Shown here piece after piece: positions 13,290 through 25,200 of a DNA stretch of 64,000 nt; positions within the stretch are counted from its first letter, which is position 1; each line of letters begins with the position of its first letter. The translations under genes were made by a program, and so were the position numbers. This stretch comes from Phoronis australis (Eukaryota; Animalia; Phoronida). The stretch lies in NCBI GenBank assembly GCA_002633005.1, contig NMRA01000062.1, positions 144,251-208,250 on the forward strand. Direction: 5' to 3'. Under the pieces are notes generated by a model. The model was given only the letters and a program-made list of their open reading frames with translations. It was not told the origin of the DNA and did not search any database.

Positions 13290-16200
13290 ATGGACACCTT
13301 GTTGGCCGTGCTCCGCCCCAAGAACACTGTTACTGTTTTGTCCGAGTATCGGCCACGCAACTTCGACCTACTCTTGTTGGATATAAGAACGTCAAGCACA
13401 GACAAGTCAAAGACACTGAAGAATCTACCCAAGTTGACTGGATCTACGGGGCAGGACATTACAAAGTATTCGAAGGATTTCCTTTATCAGTTAACTGGGG
13501 CAGAAAATGGAGGGATTAAAGGTATGTGTGGTTGCTGTCGGTACAATTATTAAAGAAAATTTTCCCTCTTATTTTCAGTGCAAGACAAAAACATTCACAG
13601 ACAAAATACCGTTTCCTCATCATGACGATTAATCCTTTTAAGATCAAGTGGCTGGTAATAGGATTATGGAAGTGAAATGTTTATTACGGAATGACTTAGT
13701 GCCGTTACTAACATTTTTGTTAATTCCCATTCATTCTCGGTCATGAGGGAAGATTACTTTGCCGATGATTTTGGCATCCGCCCAGCCATCATGGCAGAGA
13801 GTTGGCATGGATTTTGTGTTGGCCTTATTTTTGTGGTTTGCGCCTCTCTGTACTGCTGGGTCTGTAGTTACTGTGCTGTGAAACATACTGTGGTGAGGTG
13901 TCGTTGCCATCTGTAATTCAACTTTTAACCACCATCGGAATTTATATTTAGCGATCTGCATAAGTTCATCTGGCAGTTGATGAATGTAGCTGCGGTAGTA
14001 ATGTCTTTACATATAACCCATAAAGTACTACTACAGTTAAGTTAAATGATTGCAAAAATCTTGTATTAGTCGATGATTTCTAGACTTTGTTAGGCATAGC
14101 CTTATCTGAAGGAGGGGGCAGTGCCTGGTTGCCTGAAACAGTCCTTAATAGGGACTCAACTAAGGTCCCTAAATCTTTTGCATATTTGTGTCATTCTTTA
14201 CTCATAGATGTAATATTTGTCTGTCATTTTATCTTTATTACTGGCTCCTCATGACATTTTCTAATAATTAAACTAAAATTTGAATCCTTAATTCATTGAA
14301 AGTAAATAGGGACTTTGTCCTTGAATTAGGAACGTTGCATGAAGATCCCTACTTATTTTCAATTCAACATAGAAATCACTCTCGCCGTGTATCAAAGTCA
14401 AGAACTGACTTAGTAATGAAACTAAAACAGTATAAGAAAGAACATTAAATGTTTTCACAAGTCCACAACCAAGCATTAGATTCAGGGACCTTAATTGAGT
14501 CCCTATATTGGGACTGCTTCATGCAACCAGGCACAGGTCCCTTGTCCAAGAACGCACCGTGTCCTTAAATCTGCTTATACTAGGTGTGTCATTTCCCATC
14601 TCTGACTTGCAGGCAAACAGTCTATTCACATCCCCACACAGCCGTCAAGTGACAAGGAGGTTGCCATGGTTGAACTCCACTGTCTTATTGTGGACTCCAA
14701 AGGTACCACCAGCAGGGCTTGGAATTCTCCTCATTAAGAGGATTTTCTCTTTTTTGGTTTCGATTTCTTATTTGTTTTCCAGTTTTCTATTTCTTCATCT
14801 CTTTTTTATCATCATTTTGACTTTATTCGTGCAAAAAACGTTTCTTGCTCTTAAATTTTACAACACAAATTATACTTCTTTCATGTAACTCTATTTGTAG
14901 AACGATACGTCATCTCGAAATTTTTCCTCTTTTTTGTCATGGGTCATTCCAAGCCCTTCACCAGCCACTGAACTGCCACCAATGGTCAAGTGGCATTATA
15001 TTCTGTACAAGTCATATTGTTAAGAGTTAAAGAGTCACCGTTTGTGTCTGTATGTATCCCTATATGATGACAGGAATGTGACAATACAAGAAAGTTAAAG
15101 AACGTTTCCAGTTTTAAAGATGGTTAATCACATCATTTTTGGCTATAGTGCAATTAGAAAATGGACAATCGCTGCACAAATAAAAAAGTTCATGAACTTT
15201 TTTATTTGTGCAGCGATTGTCCGTTTTCTAACAGTTAAGATGGGCAATTTAATTTTATCGTTCGCTTGGTATTTTATGGCAGAGTCAATACAATACTCGT
15301 ATATTTATTGTCTACCAAGATGCCAATTTTTTATTCACTACCAATGGAGAGAAATTGGAAACTTTTAAAAAATTTAAATTATGAACAGCTTTTTAAGGTA
15401 CTGGTGACTCACTTCATTGCTCTAATTTATCTGTTGCAACGTTAGTTTATATTGTAAAGTTGCTAGTGTCAGTATTAGTTAATATCATAAAGTTGCTAGT
15501 GTCAACGTTAGTTTATATTGGTTAGTTGCTAGTCCCGTTATTTATATTGTTAAATCTTGAGTCTCTGCATAAAGTTATATGGTAAAGTTGCTCTTTGTCA
15601 GTCTCTCTCTGCATGTAGAATCCTCTGTTTGTAGCCAAACTGAATGCCACTCATGTGGACAACATTCCTAGTACACCTGGCTTCTATCAGTTGGACTACG
15701 TTATTGACTCTTGTAAGAAGAGCTCGGCTATATACAGTCGTCATACACGCTCCATGGTGAATCAGCTGGATAGGTGAGTGAAGGGGCAATGTGTTTGTTT
15801 TAAGTGACTTGTGTAAGTTGAACTCTGTCCTATATAGTAGTCTCACGTGCTCCATGGTGAATGAGCTGGACACATAATGGGGAGGAATGTTGTTGTTATG
15901 ACTGACTTGGGTAAATAGAGCTCGGTCATGTACAGTCGTCCCACACGCTCCATGGTGAATCAGCTGGACAGGTGAGTGAAGGGGGAATGTAGTTGTTGTA
16001 AGTGACTTGGGTAAGTAGAGCTCTGTCCTATACAGTTGTCCCACAGGCTCCATGGTGAATCAGCTGGACAGGTGATGGAAGGGGGGGATGTAGTTGTTGT
16101 AATTTGCTGATATTACAAGAGCTGGGCCATGCATAGTCTTCTCATACATTCCATGGTGAGTCATTGTGACAGATGAGGAGAAATGGTGTGTGATATATCA

Positions 16201-19200
16201 ATAGTTGACTTTTTCCCTTACAGGTGGCTGGCTGAACGTTATTCCATTCCAAATGCCATGGACACGCTGCTGTCTTCTTCTGCCCAGACTCGAGTCAAAC
16301 GGTCTGTACACAATCCTGTGTATGCGTCCAAGGTGACCCCATCAGGCAGTCAAAGTTTAGACAGATCTCAGATTACAGCCAATGAGCTCCTGACAAAGAT
16401 GATGGCCATTGAAAAATGTGACATTGTAATCATGAATAATTTATTTGGAGCAAGTCATGTTTACAAACATAGGGTAAGTTATGCCTGAGAAAAGCTGTTA
16501 CTCCAGTGTAGTTCAAACCTTTATGGAAAACACAGTGGTATAGTGTCCGTAATCAAACCACGCTCTTTTATATTTGTAATCACAGTGATGAAGTTTTAAC
16601 AACAAACCACGCCCCCTTTTCAACCATATATGCATAGCCTCCTTTGTGAGCGCTATCCGAATAGAAACATTGGTTCATTTGAGCTCCAACTGTAATCAAT
16701 GATTTCTGATCCCTCCCCCTCACAATGCATTTTGATGTATACCTGTGCAGACTGTTCTAGACTCTGTTACCTGACTGGAATGTTGTGAACATTTGTATTG
16801 AGACAATAAACCGAAATGTCGATTAATATCCCGTTGTTTACATATGAACTGATTTTAAAGTTCGCACTCATATTTTGACCAAAAAGAAATGTGATGAAAA
16901 AATTCATCAATTATACAATGAAAGTTCTCCTCAGTTAACATTGTTTCTCTGATAGGTGGATGCCATAGCTGTCAATCATTTCTGGGGTATGGGCGTGCCC
17001 GACACAGACAGAATGTCGCTTACGTCAAGATCTCAGTGGAACAATGGCTCAATGTAAGTTCATGTCAAGTCAATGATACATTCTTTGCTTGTCTGCTCAG
17101 CAACATGAAATTATACTTACAGCACACACCAATATTATTCAGACAAAATGACCCAGCATTCCCTGTCATGATGGCGGAAGCTGCATTCTTTGTCAGTGCA
17201 GTCTTCCGTCATGACCGAGAATGAAGGTGAGTTAGCAGGAAAGTTAGTAAGGTGGCAAAACTATTCTGTATTCAGAATTTTGCCAATGAATATAATAGTC
17301 ATGACGGGAAGTGGTATTTTGTCGGATTACTTTTGTCCTATTCTGTAGTTATGTGAGCAAAATAGAGTTGTTCTCGAGCAAAGGAAAGTAACAGTTCACA
17401 GATAAATGACTAGTCGCCACACTGGACTAGACAGTAGCCATGGCAGATAAGCCTGCCTTAGTTTTCTTGTAATTCTAACACATTATTTACAATTGTTTCT
17501 TTAGAATTTGAAAACCAGTGTTGAAATATGGAAATAAGTCGAATTTTACATTTATATGCTTGTTTTTTCGTATATTCCCAGTAATGTGGTCTTGTTTCAG
17601 GGACTCTGGTTTCCCCCTACATGAGAGTGCGTGCAAAGGGGAGGTGTCCCAGGTACAGCGCCTCCTACACTCGGACATTCAGCTGGCCACCACCCTGGAC
17701 AGGAATCTGTGGGCTCCCATACACTACGCTGCCTGGTGAGGAGCCAATACATGTATATCATTGTTTTGTTTGATTACACTTTCATTGTAGGAGTGCGTGT
17801 TTGAAGTGTACTAGCCGTGGACTGTGTTTTTGTTGAACTGATGGGTGATCACGTCCTATTCATATTTTAGTTAAATGTCTTCTACTGTCTTTTCCTGTCT
17901 TAATTTTTAATATGTTTTTCCCCAACTTTGTTTTGTAAATGAAACAAGTTTTAATAATTGGTCTGACTTTTACAATAAAAAATTACTACTTAATTGATCT
18001 TATGCTAACTTCAGTTTGTGAGAACAATAATTACTTTTCAGTGTGTGATATATCGGAGTTGTTACTTTTAATTGTGTTTTACCATCAATCTTGTTATTTC
18101 CTGTCAGTTATGGTCATGTGGCTGCAGTAAAAGTTCTAGTCGAGGAAGGCCATTGTTCACCTAACATTCTCACAGACAATCTGTCCACACCCCTTCACTT
18201 TGCCGCTGTTCATGGCCAGCCTAGCGTGGTGCGCTACCTGTTGGACAGTAAGAACATCGATGTGGTGAGTGTCATGGAAGTACCAGGATTGTTGTGAACC
18301 ACGCACTATTTATTCATTGAATAACCATTGTGGAGGATGTGGGAGGGGCCAAGATAATGAGAGGTGGAGTGAAGAAGAGACGGAATGGGGAGGGTGTATG
18401 GTAAAGAAATGGGAGGGGCCAAGAGATTGAGAGGTAGAGTTAGGGGGAGGGGGAGGAGATAGTAGAGGAGTATGTGGGAGGGGCCAAAAGATTGAGAGGA
18501 GGAGTGAGGAAAGGATGGAGAGGACGGGGAGGAGATAGTTTAGGAGAATGTGGGAGGGGCCAAAAGATTGAGAGGAGGAGTGAGGAAAGGATGGAGAGGA
18601 CGGGGAGGAGATAGTTTAGGAGAATGTGGGAGGGGCCAAGAGATTGAGAGGTGTAGTGAAGAAGGGACCGAGGGGGAGGGGATAGGAGATGAGAGTGGGG
18701 TAATATACTTTGTTACCCATACAGAGGTTAACATTAAGTACAATTGAGATATCTGCTTCTGCATTTAGGGATGGTCATCTGAAAGCATGTTTAAGCATAG
18801 AGAAACACTTTCTACTGGGGGAGTGTTTTAGGTCAATTCAGAGATAATTTACGTTTGCTACTACTGATCATAAATTGTTACGATCGCCGTTCCAAGTTGT
18901 TGTTGTTGAATATTTCAATTTGGTTTCGCTATAGACATTTGCTCACAATGTCATAACAGCAATACTATAACTGAAAGTGTGAGCTGAATGATGTTAACAT
19001 CGAAACATACGTCATACATCAGAAAGAATGGAAGTTATTCTTGCCTCTGCTGGATAGGCTTGTCAGTTTAGCCTCTAATGATGTCATAGTAACCAAATAT
19101 CTCTGGTTGTTCCCATTGTTGTGTTGTTTACAGAATGCACTGGATAAAGATGGCCGATCCGCTCTGGACTTGTGTGTGAAGAGTAGTCGAGCCAATTACA

Positions 19201-22200
19201 AAGAGTGTGCCAGGCTGTTGAAGGAGGCAAGAGAACGGCCGGTAAACTAACTAGCACTTTCAGACTGCTATCAATCAGTCTTCTGTCAAAGCTAGCAACT
19301 GTTTCCCTTATCTAGACCCCATGTGGGGTTTGGAGGAGCTAGGTTATTTCCTCCAAATCTCATTTAGGATCTAGATACAGGGAGTAACAGCCTGACTGTG
19401 TAGTGACCTATATAAATACGCTAAATGGGTGTCAATTAAAAGATATTTAAACACCATGGCTCAAGAAATTGATAACATTTGTGGTAGTCATGTGTTGATG
19501 GACATGTTTTTGACAGCGGTGATGGGTGGAGCTCCAACATCATCAATGATCAGACAGTGCTGCCCTCCTGAGTGCTTCTGTATCGTTTCAGTATCAAAAA
19601 ATAGTAGTTCACCTGATGGACAAGCAGACTCAAGTGTTAGATCTGGTCTCCGGGGACAACACAACCGCTCAACAACTGAATCTGCAGATCAGTAAGGTAA
19701 ACCCTGAACATGTGCTTTGAAAGACTACACTTCCTAAACACACACTCGCCATCTGTTGAGCTATTGATGTTGTTAAGTAATAGAAGTGGTGTTATGTACA
19801 ACACGTCTCTCTTTCAACTTAGTAACGTATAAAGTTGAAGCGCGTTATTTTTGCCTATAACACTCGCTTCCTCAGGCGCGTTATTTTTGCCTATAACACT
19901 CTCTTCCTCAAGCGCGATATCAACCAGCCTTACCTATAACACACCCTTCCTCAAGTCTCAAGGCAACTATACTGTTTAGAAATTTATTTAGTTGCACAGA
20001 ACTTTATTTGCAACAAACATTTTGGAAGGTCGTGGGAGGGTTCCTTATCCAAAGTTTGTCTGTATGTGGGCTGGTCATGAAATAAATGTAAAGAAATAGT
20101 TGACACCCTTTTAGTCATCATTGTACAACAATGTCTGCTATGTTTCAGAATCTTGGCCTGCCTCAGGAGTGTCATGATATGTTTACCATATGGATTTGCT
20201 CAAGGAATTTACGTAAGTTGACAGGCGCGGATCCAGAGGGAGAGGCTAGGGATCCAAACCCCAATGCTCAGTCATTTTACATTGCGGTAATAGTGCGATT
20301 TCAAGCACTCCTTATGTTCGTCCCTAGTTGGACCCCTTTGGGTTTGATTCTCTCACTCATCTATACACTCTGACTGGAACCAGTATCTGATGTGCCTCAT
20401 ATGGGTTCGTAAAATAGGAGTGCACACCTGTGGAAGATTTTAGCTTTATCAAGATCATCAGTATATGTTGTCTTGTTAGCTGGTGGCAGTCCATTTATAT
20501 TTTCTTCAGACTATACTTTTTAATGTTTTTTTCATTCTCTCCGCAGAGTTACAACTTAAGTGGGATCATCGTCCGAAACAGCACTTAACTGACTGGAGAA
20601 ACATAGTGAAGATGTATACAGACTTTGACCCCACTGAGGAGGAGCCTAAACTATGCTGGAAGAGAGACGCAAGGCTCAGTGTCACCAAAGAAAGGAAAGT
20701 GAGTAGATATTGTAGTGGAGGTGATGTGTGTCACTAAGGATATGATGGTGTGTAGATATCACTGGGCACTAGGCATGGCACACCAAGCTCTGTGACACCA
20801 AAGAAAGGAACGTGAGTAGATGAAAATTAATTATTTTGTTCATGGTCGAAGCTTGTTTCAAATTTTAGAAATAGGCAGTATTTGCCATCCCAAAGTCGAG
20901 AATTATGATCGACCGTAAACTATGATTTGATTCATCGCGATGTTACTCACAATGGGAACACATGAAGATGTCTTGTCTCAGTAACGCTGTGAATACTGAC
21001 CTGACTTCTTAGGATGAAGTTAAGAACATGGTGAATTATGTATTTTATGATCTGAGCTATAAAAACAGCATTGAAAACGCTCGGAAATGTCTTAAATTTG
21101 ATTGACAAGGATATTTTAGGTACCTTCACCTGTATTTACCTGATAATTTGATGAGCTTTGCTCATGAAGTGAACAGCTATGTGATCACCACCATATGCCA
21201 GATATATGTTACAAAAGTCAAATTAATGTTTTTCTAAATAGTTAAGTGATGGCTGCATCAGTACATACTCAAAATAAAATGGATTGTTTCAATTTAATAT
21301 AGTTTTCACCATATGGTGTTTAGCTATAAATAGAAACATGCGATGGAAAAGGTTTTTCATTCCTTTCCGATGACATGATGTTAAATGGCTAAATAACTTA
21401 CCGTAATCGTTCGGGTTAACGCCCATGCTCAGTTAACCGCCCATCCCCGACTTTAAGTGGATTTTCGATTTAACCGCCCACTGCTCGGTTAACCGCCCCC
21501 CTGCGATTTTTGAAGATTTCCAGTTAAGCGCCCACCTCTCGGTTAAGCGCCCATCCCCGATTTTTAAAGAAGGAAGATTTAGCGCCTAGTGTTAAGGAAA
21601 CGCGCGATTCCCCGACTTTTAGAAAAAGATCGATGATCACAATGAGTGCAACGACGCCGGGACTCCGAGACGGTGGTTTAGCAATCTGAATTACAATACA
21701 GGTAACGAGTTATTGTCTTGGGTCATGAACTCACTTCAAAATATAATACTTGAACCTTTTTGTCACTTTATTTTCTTCCCTTGTTTGCAAGCTTTTAAGA
21801 ACGCCGCCGGCGTCAAAACCTCCGCTTTCAGCGACTTTGTCTGCCGCGCTGAGTTTCCGTCTGCAGTGTACTAGATAAAACATATATTCGAAAAAATCAG
21901 GCCAGAGAAATGTNGACTGTCGCTATGTGTGACTGATTTGTAGTGGTGCACGTGCGCAAGTTCCCACACTTTGGAGTGCATGTTACCTTGACACCAACAT
22001 GTGATTGACAGGTGACTCACACGTAGGCCCTACGTGCGTGCTGAATACCGCTACTATCTTTGGCCATAAAAAACGAGATGCATATTGAAAGAGGCCGTTA
22101 TATTACTTGACGGCATTTCCAATTCACGATTGTCAGCCGACTGAGACATTGCGCGAGAACAGCGGGACCGAACAGTGCCGCAGTGCGATATTACAAGCGA

Positions 22201-25200
22201 TATAAATAGGATAATCTGGACATCTTGCATGAAAAATAAATGTTTTTCTACCACGAAGTTTGGTAAGGTGATCGTTTAGAATAATGAATTGAAACATTGC
22301 TGTTTTCTGACATTTTGTAACCTATTTATGCAGTTGCTTGAAATTTTATTCTTGATCGACGACTGGCTCGACCACCCCCGATCCTTGTCTTACTTCTTTG
22401 CATAGCATGTTTGGCGCAACGGCAAGAGAGCAATGCGGGCTGTCGAGATAAGGCAGCCGCAGAACCATACGCTGAAAATGTCATTGAGTAACGGAGTGTC
22501 GACTATAACATCCCAAACACAAAAAAACAGCAGAGTTAAGTTTTTCAAACTTTTATTACAACCAATTTTAAAATTGCTCTCTGACTCAGAACTTGACAGC
22601 TACATATAGTACGAGACTGTAACCATAAATTTGATGTCTGACCTCTGCAACACGTGAAGCTTGCACGCGCGCACTTAAGCAGGGTCACATCTTGAAACAG
22701 TTTTAATTCTGGTGGAGGCTGCGTGGTGACTGGTCGTCTGCGCACCGCAGGACGGCACGGGGCTATTATTCAGCAATTTTGTAAAGTTAATAGTGAATGA
22801 CTAATCTGAGGGCAAGAGAACCTTTGTTGGGATAATCCACTGTTATGACGTTTTCACAGTCATTTGGCGACGTGCCAATAAAGCTCTTTGAAAAGGGCTA
22901 CGCGTTCCGAGTATGATTGTCGTGTCGGGATTTTTGATCGCCAGGTAAGATTAACCGCCCAGGGCGGTTGTCTGTCGTAATAAGCGCCCATGTTCGGTTA
23001 ACCGCCCATCCCCTACTTTAGGTGGATTTTCGATTTAACCGCCCACTGCTCGGTTAACCGCCCTCCCCCGATTTTTTGGATTCGCCAATTTAACCGCCCA
23101 GGGCGTTAACCCGAACGATTACGGTACTAAAAATCATAAAAGTCACAGACTTTTAGTGAGTGATTTAGCTATTTTACAAATAGAAACATGATAGTGTAAA
23201 ATGCTGAGTTTGTTTTTGCCTTGTAATGTTTATTGCATGCAACTTGAATATTACTCATAGCACTTATATTCATTTTCTGTTGTATTTCTTTTTCAAGTCT
23301 CTGATATCCATGTTGTAGTGCTGATGATATTTTTGTGAGCACATGATGTTGAAAGTCGTCCATTTCAAAAGTCTGTCCCCTGCAAGCAAGTCTGTAGTAA
23401 ATAAGTAAAGAACAGCGTTGACTGTTGCCATGGTTACTGTTTCATGGTTTACTGTGCTTCTTGTGATTCTCATGTCCACTCAGTCAACATGTACAGCAGT
23501 GTATTCAAACCCTGTTTTCAGAATAGGCACATTGTAGCCACTCACCTGTTATTTCACGAGGCGTACACGTGTTACATCAAGGGGTACTACCCATGTGCTG
23601 AGGAGGACGCCATCATATTGGGCGCAGTAGTCATGTTGTTGGATAAACACACTGATGAGAGCAAGAAGGTCAAGTCTATATTGTTGTAAGTACGAGCTTA
23701 TTGACGTTGCAAGGTCAAGGCTGTACTGTTGTGAGTATGGGCTTATTGACCTTGGAAGGTCAAGTCTATACTGTTGTGAGTATGAGCTTATTGACCTTGG
23801 AAGGTCAAGTCTATACTGTTGTGAGTATGAGCTTATTGACCTTGCAAGCTCAAGTCTGTGCCATTGAGAGTGCGGAGTTATTGGCCTTGCAAGGTGAAGT
23901 CTGTACTGTAGTAATTATGAGATAAGTGACCTCAGAAGGTTGTTTCTATATTGCTTTTAAGTACTGTACTAATGAAATTGCCTGTGATTGCTGTGACTTT
24001 GTGCCGAGTAAAGGTACCATCACAATATGACGAATTTAAGGAACAAATCTAAACTAACAGCAGGTCTTTTTATAGGCTCAAAGTTCTAAACCAGTAATTT
24101 CATAGGAAGATGGACAAAATTAATTGACCAAGAATAACAACGAATTCTAAGCAATGGCTAATGCAATTCAACGTATTCAAAAAAGTCACCTCTTACCGAG
24201 CCAATTCGTCTTTTAAGGATTAATATCCGGTTAATCTGAATTCCAGTACACATGTGTTTGTGTGTGTGTGGGAGGGGGGCTCTGTGAACATATTGTCATT
24301 TAATTTAAAATGATTTCAGTGAGAAAAACATCCGCCACCTAGTCCCAGAGTCACTGATGAAGTATTCCACCAAGAGTACAAAGTACTGGTCAAGCAAGAT
24401 CCAGTCAAAGTACAAGAGCCTAACCAGTCAGCTATCATCACCGGCTACTGTGGTCAGTACTAGTCAGGTGCTATACAACCTAGTTACTTGCAAGCTAGCC
24501 AGTGTTGGGCCTTCAGTCTAGGGTTTTTGGTGTCTTTGTCAGTGGGAGCCTTTCAGGAGACAGTGTTGCTCTCCCAGTTTCGAGGCAGTTTCACCATTTC
24601 TAGTTGGTTCTGTTGCTAGTGTCTCTGCTGCTAATTTGGTTTATCCCAGTTTAAAGTTGTTGAGTTTTACCTTTTGACATTGATGCTGGTGTGCTCTTTT
24701 AGGGTAAGATAACCAAGCTGATAAAAATTTACACTGTTGTCTGCCATCATCCGTCTGCTCTTGACTTCACTCTTGTCGTCTGCTGTTCATTGTAGGATCT
24801 ACAGTATTACTTTCTACTGGTTTGCTGGAACCTCAAAGTTTATGGTTCTGCGTTCTTCAGTGGCTTTCTTCAAACAAGGGTAAATACACAACTGTTCAGT
24901 TGGTGGAGAGGATTAAAGTCTTGGCGTGTTACGTAAATGTTGTAAAATTTGATAAAAGGCAGAAGTCTGGTAAAATGCCACTAGGTATTGCAAGAGACCT
25001 GTTGTATTGAGAGTAAACGTTCTTCCTTTAGTCAGTGTACAAAGGGATTGTCTTAATGTCGAACTTGGACTGATACCCTCGTAACCTAATTTACAATATT
25101 ACATGTAGGTGTTAGTGGTGAGAATGTCAAGTAATTAGTATTGTGTCTTGGTTCTGTAAATACTTGTCATGCTGAACACCGTAGTTTTGTGCTAGGTTTC

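Noticed and set aside
15598-16053. 151-aa minus-strand ORF (also the 23655/23701, 18550 and 31715-32046 ORFs)
   Set aside because: These are antisense or off-frame read-throughs of tandem repeats.
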